From assembly GCA_035358715.1 (NCBI GenBank), contig DAOPPX010000009.1, forward strand, positions 629 through 64,628: a stretch of 64,000 nt of DNA, written 5' to 3'. Shown here piece after piece: positions 1-11,236 of this stretch. The first letter of the stretch is position 1. Every line of letters begins with the position of its first letter. The position numbers and the translations under genes were made by a program. Source of the DNA: Verrucomicrobiota bacterium (GTDB lineage Bacteria; Verrucomicrobiota; Verrucomicrobiia; Limisphaerales; UBA8199). The notes below the pieces were generated by a model that had not been told where the DNA came from, searched no databases, and saw only the letters and a list, made by a program, of their open reading frames with translations.

Positions 1-2897
<2,897 letters not shown>

Positions 2898-3016
2898 CTT
2901 CTTTCCCTTCTTTGAAGGGCAAGAGCGATTTCAACTCGCGAATTGTAATCCTGATAGTCTCCTGTGTGCAGTTTTCAGAGAACCCGCCGAGGGCGGCGGT
3001 GTTCTTTGTGATTTTT

Positions 3017-3129
3017 TGGTGGCTTTGAAGCTGTGGTCCGACCCGTTCCCATTCCGAACACGGCCGTCAAACACAGTCTTGCCGATGGTAGTGGTTTTAT
3101 AGACTCCGCGAGAGTAGGTCGCCGCCAGT
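3017..3129 (+). rRNA. rrf: 5S ribosomal RNA
   Basis: Lies about 120 nt downstream of the 23S. Conserved 5S blocks 'cccattccgaacacgg', 'gccgatggtagt' and 'gcgagagtagg' are present. The terminal helix pairs tggtggc with gccgcca. Ends are +/-3 nt. Confidence 0.85.
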
Positions 3130-3141
3130 TTTTCTATAAAC

Positions 3142-3175
3142 GCCGAGGTCCGGAAAACGGGCTTCGGCTTTTTTG
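3142..3175 (+). terminator. Rho-independent terminator closing the rRNA operon
   Basis: GC-rich hairpin gccgagg-tccggaaaacggg-cttcggc (7-bp stem with one G.U, plus an inner ccg/cgg pairing), followed directly by TTTTTT. Confidence 0.6.
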
Positions 3176-3196
3176 TTGCCTCGGGGCCTCCTGGAC

Positions 3197-6100
3197 TCAA
3201 GGCATCCTGGCGGCTTGATGCGCCTTCGCTCGCAGGATGGCTTCCAACACGGTGTCCAATTGTCTGGCGACGTCTTCGGCCAGAAAGCGCAGCACAAAAT
3301 ATCCCCGTTCCTGCAGGGCTGCATCTTTCCGACGGTCCCGGCGGTAAGCATCGAGATCAGCCAGGTGCTGCGGGCCATCAAGTTCGATCACCAATCGGGC
3401 GGCTTGGCAGAGAAAATCCACCTCCATTGAGCCCTTCGCATCGAAGGAGATCGGCAGGTTCGCGTTGGGCTGGAAACTGCCGGACGTCGCATCGAGGGTT
3501 TGCAGGCGCCGGAAGAGGAACACTTCGGCGGCGCTCCGAGCTCGCGCCGCGCCCTCATCTCCGGAGCTGGGCGGCTGAGCTGCGTGAACAAACAAGTTTC
3601 CCAGCGGGACATCCACGCCATCGCGTACCAACCGGCGGACACTCGCGGCGTACTCCCGCTTCCACTCCGGGGCTATTGGCAAGGGAACCTCCGCTGGCCA
3701 GCCAGGCACTGCGCTGCCCGGAATCAATAGCGTATACCCGGCGGCTTCGTAGCCGATGCAGCGTCGGTCGAACATGCGGGCGAGCATCGGCACGTTCAAA
3801 TCCGCGTAATCATACACCTGCACCTCGCGCTTGCCTTCATGCAGCCGGTGCAGACGCCCCACGTATTGTGCAATTGTTCCCCGCCACGAGACCGGCAAGG
3901 CCAGGAAGAGCGTGTCCAGCCGCGGCTCATCAAACCCCTCGCCTATGTAGCGCCCTGTCGCCACCAACACGCGGCCCTCCTGTTCTGGCGCCTGGGCAAG
4001 CGAGACCATCGCCGCCTGCAGCGCCCTCTTTCCCATGCCCCCCTGCAGAGTGATGACATGCGGGATCGCTTTCGCCAATTCATCGGCCAGCATTTGCACA
4101 TGTTCTGTTCTCTCGGTTAGCAGAAGCGGAAACCGCCCGGCCTTCACCGCGGCGAGGACGTCCGCGCAAATCATCTGGTTGCGGTCGGTCGCGTGCATCA
4201 GGGCCGCAGTCAACTTCTGAAATTCGACTCGCGAATCCGCCTCTTCGGTTTCTTGAGCACGGAAGCTCGTCGGTCGCACCAGGACGTGGTGTGTGAAAGG
4301 CCGTTCTGCGGCCTGTTGTCGGGCGCTGACCCGGTAGCGCACCGGGCCGCATTGCATGAAGATTATCGGATGATGCCCGTCCTTGCGGGTGATGGTGGCG
4401 GAGAGCCCCGTGACGTAACGCGCCTTTGCTCGACGTGCGACCATCTCAAAGCTGGTCGCCGGGAGGTGGTGGCATTCATCAAAAACAAGGTGCCCATAGG
4501 CTCCAACGCAATCATGCACCACACCCTTCCGGACCAGGCTTTGTATCAGCGCCACGTCAACTTTGCCGGTGAGGATCTTGCGCCCGCCTCCGAGCCGGCC
4601 AATGGACTTCGCCGGCACATCGAGGAAGGAGGCCAGGCGCTCCACCCATTGGTTCAGCAGTTGTTGGCGATGCACAAGGACCAGGCAGTTGACGCCACGG
4701 GTCGCGATGAGCCAGGACGCCACCACAGTCTTGCCGAAGGCCGTTGCAGCGGCCAGAACGCCAATGTCGTGGGCCGCCAAAGCCCTTGCCGCCAACTCCT
4801 GTTCGGCCCGCAACTCTCCGTGAAACCGAACCTCGATTGGAGTTCCGGCAAGTCGTTCGTCGCGCAGGGCTGGTTCAACGCCAAGCGAGGCAAGCAGGCT
4901 TCGCGTCTCATCCAGGCATCCGCGTGGCAGCGCCAGGTATTTTGGCCCATCCTCCGCACAATGAATGATGCGCGGCTTGTCGAATGTTGGCAGCCGCATG
5001 CTTTGTGCCCGGTAGAAGTCAGGATTCTGAAACGCCGCCAGCCGCAACAGGCGGTTGCGCAGCCCCGGCGGAAGTTGCTCTTTGGCGATGTAGATCTGGT
5101 CGCCTAGCACCAACTCGACGGACTTGGGCAATGGATCCGCAATGAGAGGTTCCTTCCGTCGGCGCGATGGCGGCGCGGTCCAGGGAAGCTCGTCGTCTTC
5201 CTCACCCACAGCCGACCTTACGCCAGTAATGCGCCCTCGGCGCTCGGCATCCCGTGCGAGTGACTCGGCTTGTGCGCGGCCGATCTTCCGCACGGAGGAA
5301 AGAAATGCCCATTGATCTGCGTAGGGCTGAAACTGGCTGTCCAGGAATACGCTGTTGCCCACTGTCCGCGGCTGCTTCTGGAGCGGAAGCGCGATCAAGT
5401 TGCCGAAGCCGCCCTTGGGCAGGGTGTCTTGATTAGGGAAGAGCCGGTCGTAGGATGTCAGCCCAAGCTCCGGCCGGCGTTCCATGGTCTCAGTGAGGAG
5501 GTGTGAGCCGAGGTTCCTCGCGATGCTGGCTGGCAGCGCCTCTTCAAAGAAGAACCACAGATGGCCGCCCTGACCTGAGCGGGACCGTTCCAAAGCGGTT
5601 GGCAGCGCTAGACGCTGGCAGGTGTGCTGCAAGGCCTTTGCATCCTCCGCCCATCCCTCGCCGTCAAGGTCAATGGCGAGCAAGCAGCAGGCTTCGTCAG
5701 CGAGCATCGGGTAGAGGCCCATGACGAACTCCCTGCCGCGGTCGTCCGCACCAGTGAGATGTTGACGGACAACCTCATCCGTCACCGGCAGGAGGCGGCG
5801 GTTAGGGCAGTCCACGCACTTCACGCGGGGCTTGCCGCATAAGCCACGCGCCCAATCATTGGCGCAAGCCGGTTGGTAGCCTGCCCGACCGGTCTTTCGG
5901 CTTTCAAATCGCCTGGCGTAAACATCGTCGCGCCCGCGGAACAGGGATCGGAAGAGGTTGATCTTGGCAGCGGAGGGCGACTGGCTTGTGGTTGGGACGG
6001 CAACATCCGTTGGGCACTTCCCCAGACTCTGAAGAGGGGCTGCCGCGGAGAACGCATTCGCACTCACCGTTCCAAGCTGCCCCAAGCGCAGCGGGAAGTC

Positions 6101-6361
6101 GAGAGCGCTCGGGACTTTTGCGAGACGGCGACGGGGAATTGGCAGATGGGAGGGGCTCGTTCCCGAAGTTACTGCCACCAGAATATGGGTGAAGGCGGGA
6201 GTGATTGATCTCCGCGGGCCGTTGGTTGAATAACGAGGCTTCCTCTGCTCGTTGGGCTCTTTCTTTTGGACGGACGATTGTTTTGTTCTTACTCGCGGCC
6301 AAACTCGAGGTGCCCGCCCAAAGCCCGTCCTGAAATGGAACTTTGCCGATTGACAGGGCAA
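3197..6361 (-). CDS. Fusion protein: archaeo-eukaryotic primase (AEP/PrimPol) domain + superfamily-2 DExH helicase + C-terminal DUF559 (Vsr-like endonuclease fold)
   Basis: Longest ORF is 1054 codons. AEP motifs: 'LLAIDLDGEGW' (DxD), 'SGQGGHLWFFF' (sGxGxH), 'SYDRLFPNQD'. Helicase motifs: 'AFGKTVVA' (Walker A), 'VFDECHHL' (DExH), 'GLSAT', 'QYVGRLHR' (motif VI). DUF559 block: 'LVIELDGPQH...RDRRKDAALQERGYFVLRF'. The first ~130 codons are low-complexity, so the true start may be the in-frame GTG at 6067. Confidence 0.85.
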   Translation of the reverse strand: MPCQSAKFHFRTGFGRAPRVWPRVRTKQSSVQKKEPNEQRKPRYSTNGPRRSITPAFTHILVAVTSGTSPSHLPIPRRRLAKVPSALDFPLRLGQLGTVSANAFSAAAPLQSLGKCPTDVAVPTTSQSPSAAKINLFRSLFRGRDDVYARRFESRKTGRAGYQPACANDWARGLCGKPRVKCVDCPNRRLLPVTDEVVRQHLTGADDRGREFVMGLYPMLADEACCLLAIDLDGEGWAEDAKALQHTCQRLALPTALERSRSGQGGHLWFFFEEALPASIARNLGSHLLTETMERRPELGLTSYDRLFPNQDTLPKGGFGNLIALPLQKQPRTVGNSVFLDSQFQPYADQWAFLSSVRKIGRAQAESLARDAERRGRITGVRSAVGEEDDELPWTAPPSRRRKEPLIADPLPKSVELVLGDQIYIAKEQLPPGLRNRLLRLAAFQNPDFYRAQSMRLPTFDKPRIIHCAEDGPKYLALPRGCLDETRSLLASLGVEPALRDERLAGTPIEVRFHGELRAEQELAARALAAHDIGVLAAATAFGKTVVASWLIATRGVNCLVLVHRQQLLNQWVERLASFLDVPAKSIGRLGGGRKILTGKVDVALIQSLVRKGVVHDCVGAYGHLVFDECHHLPATSFEMVARRAKARYVTGLSATITRKDGHHPIIFMQCGPVRYRVSARQQAAERPFTHHVLVRPTSFRAQETEEADSRVEFQKLTAALMHATDRNQMICADVLAAVKAGRFPLLLTERTEHVQMLADELAKAIPHVITLQGGMGKRALQAAMVSLAQAPEQEGRVLVATGRYIGEGFDEPRLDTLFLALPVSWRGTIAQYVGRLHRLHEGKREVQVYDYADLNVPMLARMFDRRCIGYEAAGYTLLIPGSAVPGWPAEVPLPIAPEWKREYAASVRRLVRDGVDVPLGNLFVHAAQPPSSGDEGAARARSAAEVFLFRRLQTLDATSGSFQPNANLPISFDAKGSMEVDFLCQAARLVIELDGPQHLADLDAYRRDRRKDAALQERGYFVLRFLAEDVARQLDTVLEAILRAKAHQAARMP

Positions 6362-6390
6362 GCGTCGGTAGAGGAAGGTGTGGCTTGGTT

Positions 6391-7944
6391 ATGGAGAAAA
6401 TTCGACGCGCGCTGCTCTCGGTTTCTGATAAGACAGGACTCGCTTCGCTGGCTCAGGTGCTGGCCGGGGCAGGGGTGGAGTTGATTTCTACAGGCGGGAC
6501 GGCCAAGGCACTTCGCGAGGCAGGCTTGCATGTTACCGACCTCAGCAGCTACACCGGTTTTCCTGAGATGCTGGATGGCCGCGTCAAGACGCTCCACCCC
6601 AGAGTACATGGTGGGCTGCTCTACATCCGTGGAAATGAAGACCACGAAGCTGCGATCCGCATGCACGACATCCGACCGATTGATATGGTGGTGGTAAATC
6701 TGTATCCGTTTGAACAGACCGTCGCCCGGCCCAACGTCGCGCTGGCAGAGGCCATCGAGAACATTGACATCGGGGGGCCTTCCATGCTGCGCAGCGCAGC
6801 CAAGAACCACGAAAGCGTGACGGTGGTAGTGGATCCCGGCGACTATGAATCGGTCGCGGAACAGATTAAGACAAATGGGCAAACCACGCTGGAACTGCGA
6901 CGCAAGCTGGCCGCCAAGGCGTTTGCGCGCACTGCGGCCTACGACGCCGCCATTTTTGCGCATCTGGAAAAGGCCTTTGACATGGCGCCAACTGCTGGCG
7001 TGCCGGGAGCATTGCGGATTCAAGCGCCGCTGGCGCGGGTGCTGCGCTACGGTGAGAACCCCCACCAGAAGGCGGCGCTTTATGGGGGCTTTCATGATTA
7101 CTTTCAGCAACTGCACGGCAAAGAACTCTCATACAATAACATTCTCGATTTGACCGCCGCGGTGACGCTGATCTCGGAATTCTCGGAGGACCCGCCCACT
7201 GTGGCCATTCTGAAACACACCAATCCGTGCGGCGTGGGGCAAGGGGGCAGCCTGCGCGAGGCGTGGGACAAGGCGTTCGCAACTGACCGGCAGGCGCCTT
7301 TCGGCGGGATCATTGCGTTGAACCGGGCGCTTGATCGGGCGTGCGCGGAAGCGATTGCGGAGATTTTCAGCGAGGTGATCGTCGCGCCCGACTTCACGGC
7401 TGAGGCGCTCGACGTTTTGCAGAAGAAGAAGAACTTGCGCATTATCAAGGGCTTGGGATCCCCGCTAACAGCGCAGCCGTGGACCGTGCGCAGCGTGGGC
7501 GCTGACTCCTACTTATGGCAGGACTGTGACTTGCGGGTAACGACCTCCGACGACCTGAGGATTGTGACTCGCCGCCAGCCTACGGAAGCGGAACGCAAGG
7601 CAATGTTGTTCGGCTGGCGAGTTGTGAAGCATGTAAAGTCTAATGCCATCGTGTTTGTCGCCGCCGATCGGACCCTGGGTATTGGCGCGGGCCAGATGAG
7701 CCGGGTGGACTCGAGCCGCATCGCTGTGTGGAAGGCTGGGGAAGCGGGCCTATCGCTCAAAGGCAGCGTGGTTTGCAGTGATGCGTTCTTTCCCTTTCCG
7801 GACGGCCTAATCGCGGCAGCAGAGGCAGGAGCGACGGCGGCGATTCAGCCGGGTGGTTCAGTGCGCGATGCGGAAGTGACTGCGGCAGCAAACGAGCGCG
7901 ACGTGGCAATGGCGTTTACCGCCACAAGACACTTCCGGCATTAA
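6391..7944 (+). CDS. purH: Bifunctional AICAR transformylase / IMP cyclohydrolase
   Basis: Full-length PurH pattern from 'MEKIRRALLSVSDKTGL' (MGS-like domain) to 'GSVRDAEV...AMAFTATRHFRH'. The ATG at 6391 is preferred over the upstream ATG at 6343. Confidence 0.95.
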   Translation: MEKIRRALLSVSDKTGLASLAQVLAGAGVELISTGGTAKALREAGLHVTDLSSYTGFPEMLDGRVKTLHPRVHGGLLYIRGNEDHEAAIRMHDIRPIDMVVVNLYPFEQTVARPNVALAEAIENIDIGGPSMLRSAAKNHESVTVVVDPGDYESVAEQIKTNGQTTLELRRKLAAKAFARTAAYDAAIFAHLEKAFDMAPTAGVPGALRIQAPLARVLRYGENPHQKAALYGGFHDYFQQLHGKELSYNNILDLTAAVTLISEFSEDPPTVAILKHTNPCGVGQGGSLREAWDKAFATDRQAPFGGIIALNRALDRACAEAIAEIFSEVIVAPDFTAEALDVLQKKKNLRIIKGLGSPLTAQPWTVRSVGADSYLWQDCDLRVTTSDDLRIVTRRQPTEAERKAMLFGWRVVKHVKSNAIVFVAADRTLGIGAGQMSRVDSSRIAVWKAGEAGLSLKGSVVCSDAFFPFPDGLIAAAEAGATAAIQPGGSVRDAEVTAAANERDVAMAFTATRHFRH

Positions 7945-7959
7945 CCGGGGCCAGAGGAG

Positions 7960-8352
7960 CTACCGGAGCAGGTAAATGAGGCCGACCTGGCCGAGGGAAA
8001 TTGCGCTGATTGCCACCCAGGTTAGCCCTTCACGCCAGCGCAGGCCGTCCTGGCGGGTTTCGCTGAGCCAGAATTGCATCTTAAGCGCACCGATGTGAAT
8101 GCCGTCGCCGTTGCGCAGGACGGTCTGTTGGAGTGGGTGCCCATTAACCGTCGCAGGCGCGGAGGGATGAGCGATTAGGACGATGCCTTGCGCAGGGTCG
8201 AAGTCCAGTTGCAGGTGTTGATCCCAAACGCCCTCATCCTCCAGTTGCAGATCGGCGGCGTTGGAACGCCCGATTCGTACAGGAAAACGGCGGGCGACCC
8301 ATGCGGTGCCCGCCTTTTTCCCGGACAGCAGCTTAAGCTGAACCATCACCAA
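7960..8352 (-). CDS. Divergent FHA-domain protein with a C-terminal transmembrane helix
   Basis: FHA-like pattern: 'VRIGRSNAADLQL...WDQHLQL...VNGHPL...LRNGDGIHIGA'. GR, H and NG are present but the canonical SxxH serine is W. Hydrophobic tail: 'LTWVAISAISLGQVGLIYLL'. Its start overlaps the stop of the upstream exporter gene by 7 nt. Confidence 0.7.
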   Translation of the reverse strand: MVMVQLKLLSGKKAGTAWVARRFPVRIGRSNAADLQLEDEGVWDQHLQLDFDPAQGIVLIAHPSAPATVNGHPLQQTVLRNGDGIHIGALKMQFWLSETRQDGLRWREGLTWVAISAISLGQVGLIYLLR

Positions 8353-8978
8353 ATGCGGCGTGGGACATAGACTTTGTCGCCCGGATAAACCTCCAAGTCC
8401 AGGATGGGATTCTCCTGTGCCTTGGGGCAGTTGATGGTGTGAGCGCGGCCATCCACGCGCGTCAGTTTGACTTTCTTCTTCTTGGCAAAGTCTGTGAATC
8501 CGCCGGCTGAGGCAATCGCCTGCAACACCGTAATGCGGCTGTTATAGATCTGCCGATTGGGAGATTTCACCTCGCCGTAAACGTAGTACCAACGAGTACT
8601 CTCCACCGGCTTCACAGTCACGGTCAGGTTCTTGTAGTAGTTCGGCACATAATATGCCCGGATGTCCCGTTCCAACTCACCCGCAGTCTTGCCGGCGGCT
8701 GTGAAAGACTTGTTCAAGAGCAGGGTGATGGTTCCATCCTCCTTGATCTTTCCTGAGAATTCCGGGGTGACCTGGGGAAGATCGGAGTAGACGATGGTCA
8801 ACGAATCGCCCACGCGGAATACTTCCGGTTCGGGCGCGACGGCATTGGTCATGGCAATGCCCGCAAGCTGCATTTCTTGTGATTGCGTGCGGCACCCACA
8901 CAGACAGACAACCGCCAGGAATAAACCGCAGACTGCTCCCCAATGCCCTAGCTGCTTACCAACATTTGTGATGCTCAT
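8346..8978 (-). CDS. Wza-like polysaccharide export protein (Poly_export + SLBB), probable lipoprotein
   Basis: Lipobox-like 'VVCLCGC'. 'FRVGDSLTIVY...EDGTITLLLNKSFTAAGKTAGELERDI' followed by 'YYVYGEVKSPNRQIY...LQAIASAGGFTDFA' matches the Poly_export/SLBB pattern. Confidence 0.85.
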   Translation of the reverse strand: MSITNVGKQLGHWGAVCGLFLAVVCLCGCRTQSQEMQLAGIAMTNAVAPEPEVFRVGDSLTIVYSDLPQVTPEFSGKIKEDGTITLLLNKSFTAAGKTAGELERDIRAYYVPNYYKNLTVTVKPVESTRWYYVYGEVKSPNRQIYNSRITVLQAIASAGGFTDFAKKKKVKLTRVDGRAHTINCPKAQENPILDLEVYPGDKVYVPRRIW

Positions 8979-8994
8979 TCAATCTAAATCCCTA

Positions 8995-11172
8995 TTAATA
9001 CTTCTGCTTAATGTCCAACTTGGCCTTGTCCTCGGATTCGGCACCCTCCTTCGCGGCCGGTTCCTGTTGTTCCTCGCTACGATAGTAGTAATCATGGTAG
9101 TAGCCACTGTAGTAGTAGTAGCTCTCGTCCTGCGACATGTTGATGTTGTTCAGCACGATACCCACCAGGTTGCCGCCAACTTTCTCAATCAACTGCTTGG
9201 CGCGGATGTTCATCGGTTGCGGATAGCGGCGGTACTGGATGACCTGAATGGTCATGTCCACTTCGCTAGCGAGAATCGAAGCATCGCTCACGCCCATAAT
9301 CGGCGGCGAATCAAAAAACACAAAGTCATAGCGCTGCTTCAATTCACCGATCAAGTCCTTCATCTGGGTGGAACTCAGAATGCCCAGCGAGCTGCTCGGC
9401 AATTTGCCGCTCGCCAGGAAGTCCAGCGTCGGCAAGCTGGTGGTTTGAATCACTTCCTCCAGGGTGTTTTGCCTCAAGAGATAATTGGTGAGCCCGATGG
9501 CATTGGTCACGTGGAGCATCTTGTGCAGCGTCGGCCGCCGCAGGTCGGAGTCCACTATGACCGTTCGTTGCCCGCTCTGGGCGAAGACGGCGGCCAGGTT
9601 AAAGACGGTGGTGGACTTGCCTTCGCCCGCTCCCGCGCTAACGATAGCGATGGTGTTCAGCTTATCGTCCTTGCGCGAGAAGAGAAGATTAGTGCGCAAG
9701 ACGCGATAAGCCTCCGCGTGCGGGCTCTCGGTCCCTTCGTCCACCAGCAAGCCGACATTCTGTGGAATAACGCCCAGCACAGGACATTGCAGCGAACGCT
9801 CCACATCATCAATCGTCTTTACACTCGTATCCAGGTACTCGATGAAAAATGCCAACCCAACTCCGACCACTAGGCCGATGATAATGCCCAGAGCAATATT
9901 GAGCGGTTTGTTGGGCCGCACCGGACGCAGGCCCGGCATCGCTCTGTCCACCACTTCGACCATCATGGTCTTGGGCAGTTCGACGTCAATCTTCTCGTAT
10001 GCGATCTTCGCGTCGAGAATCTGGCGGAAGCGTTGGAGTTCTTCCAGCGCGCGCTTGGCTTCAAAATAAGGCCGGGTCAAGTTGGCTTGCGTGACGTCGT
10101 TGGTCGTGGCCCTGCCGACTTCCTGTTGCAGGTTGACAAGACTGTTGCTGAGAGAAAGCACCCGAGTGTCCAACCCGAGCATAATGCCATCCACGCGGCT
10201 CTTGACCTTCTTGTGCAGATCATCCGCCATGCCCTTGCACTTAAGCACCTCCGCATGCTCCGGCCCGTAGTCTTTCTCCAGAGCGACCAGCCTTTGCTCT
10301 GCCATGGTCAACTGGTCGAGCAGGGAACTGAGCAAGGTGTCCGGGGCGGCAGTCGTGATGGCTTGTGCAAGACCCTCCGGCCCCAGTTCCTTCCCAAGAC
10401 TCTTGAGGCGGTCCAACAAAGTGACCTGCCGGACATACTCGGCTTGGCTTTCTATGCGCAGACTTTCAATCTTGCGCAGCGTCTCGGCTGTCATCAGGGG
10501 GGACGGTCCCTCTCCGCTTGCCATGGCATCGGAGATGTTCAGTTCCTTGCGCAACGTATCCACCTTTTCTTGCGCAGCCTTGACCTTCGCCTCCTGCTCT
10601 GCGAAGCGTTCTTCCAGGGCCTTGATCCCTCCCCGGCTCAACTGCGCGCGTTGCTGCTGGCGGTGGGCACTATAAGCCTCCGCGAGTGCATTGGCGATCC
10701 TGGCAGCCTCTTCTGCCTTTTCGCTAAAGACTCGAATCTCAATAAGACTGGTGTTGCGCACTGGGCGCAGGTCAATTCTCTGCTTCAGGAGCGTGATTGT
10801 TTCCGGGGTCCTGAGTCGTTCGTTGCTGGCGTACTTCTTCCCCCACTCCGTGTTCAGATCGAGGTCTTCAACCACCTTGCCGAGGATGAGTTGAGATTGG
10901 ATCAGCTCAAACTCAGTCTGGATGAAGTAGGGGTCATAGCCGGTCATTCTTGCCGAGTCCGCCATGCCGCTAATGTCCGGTTGGTCGCGCTCGATCTTGA
11001 TCCGCGTGGTGCTCGAGAAGGATTCCGGCAAAATGAAGGTGACCAGTGTGGCTGTGATCACGACCAGCAAGAACACAGCCAGGATAACGGTCTTGCGAAT
11101 GCGGATGATCCGCCAATAGTCCAGGAAATGCAGTTTGGTTTCCTGCGGCGGAGCAACTTTCAGTGGGTCCAT
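8995..11172 (-). CDS. Polysaccharide co-polymerase / bacterial tyrosine autokinase (Wzc/GumC-like)
   Basis: N-terminal Wzz-type TM segment and long coiled-coil region. Kinase Walker A 'SAGAGEGKST', Walker A' 'VIVDSDLRRP', Walker B 'DFVFFDSPP'. Tyr-cluster tail 'SYYYYSGYYHDYYYR'. Confidence 0.9.
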   Translation of the reverse strand: MDPLKVAPPQETKLHFLDYWRIIRIRKTVILAVFLLVVITATLVTFILPESFSSTTRIKIERDQPDISGMADSARMTGYDPYFIQTEFELIQSQLILGKVVEDLDLNTEWGKKYASNERLRTPETITLLKQRIDLRPVRNTSLIEIRVFSEKAEEAARIANALAEAYSAHRQQQRAQLSRGGIKALEERFAEQEAKVKAAQEKVDTLRKELNISDAMASGEGPSPLMTAETLRKIESLRIESQAEYVRQVTLLDRLKSLGKELGPEGLAQAITTAAPDTLLSSLLDQLTMAEQRLVALEKDYGPEHAEVLKCKGMADDLHKKVKSRVDGIMLGLDTRVLSLSNSLVNLQQEVGRATTNDVTQANLTRPYFEAKRALEELQRFRQILDAKIAYEKIDVELPKTMMVEVVDRAMPGLRPVRPNKPLNIALGIIIGLVVGVGLAFFIEYLDTSVKTIDDVERSLQCPVLGVIPQNVGLLVDEGTESPHAEAYRVLRTNLLFSRKDDKLNTIAIVSAGAGEGKSTTVFNLAAVFAQSGQRTVIVDSDLRRPTLHKMLHVTNAIGLTNYLLRQNTLEEVIQTTSLPTLDFLASGKLPSSSLGILSSTQMKDLIGELKQRYDFVFFDSPPIMGVSDASILASEVDMTIQVIQYRRYPQPMNIRAKQLIEKVGGNLVGIVLNNINMSQDESYYYYSGYYHDYYYRSEEQQEPAAKEGAESEDKAKLDIKQKY

Positions 11173-11236
11173 ATATTAAAAAATAAGGGGGCCAGTTGTG
11201 ACAGCCTAGCCCCCTGTCAGTGAATCAAACTTTGGT

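Noticed and set aside
5965-6361. ~130-aa Pro/Ser/Arg-rich N-terminus of the AEP-helicase ORF as a functional domain
   Set aside because: It has no motif and is low-complexity. It would leave only 29 nt to the divergent purH start. An in-frame GTG at 6067 precedes the first conserved block. It is kept inside the feature coordinates only as the maximal ORF.
8794-11223. Plus-strand ORFs of 359 and 396 codons
   Set aside because: They are antisense to the Wza-like and Wzc-like genes, whose Walker motifs and Tyr-cluster fix the coding strand.
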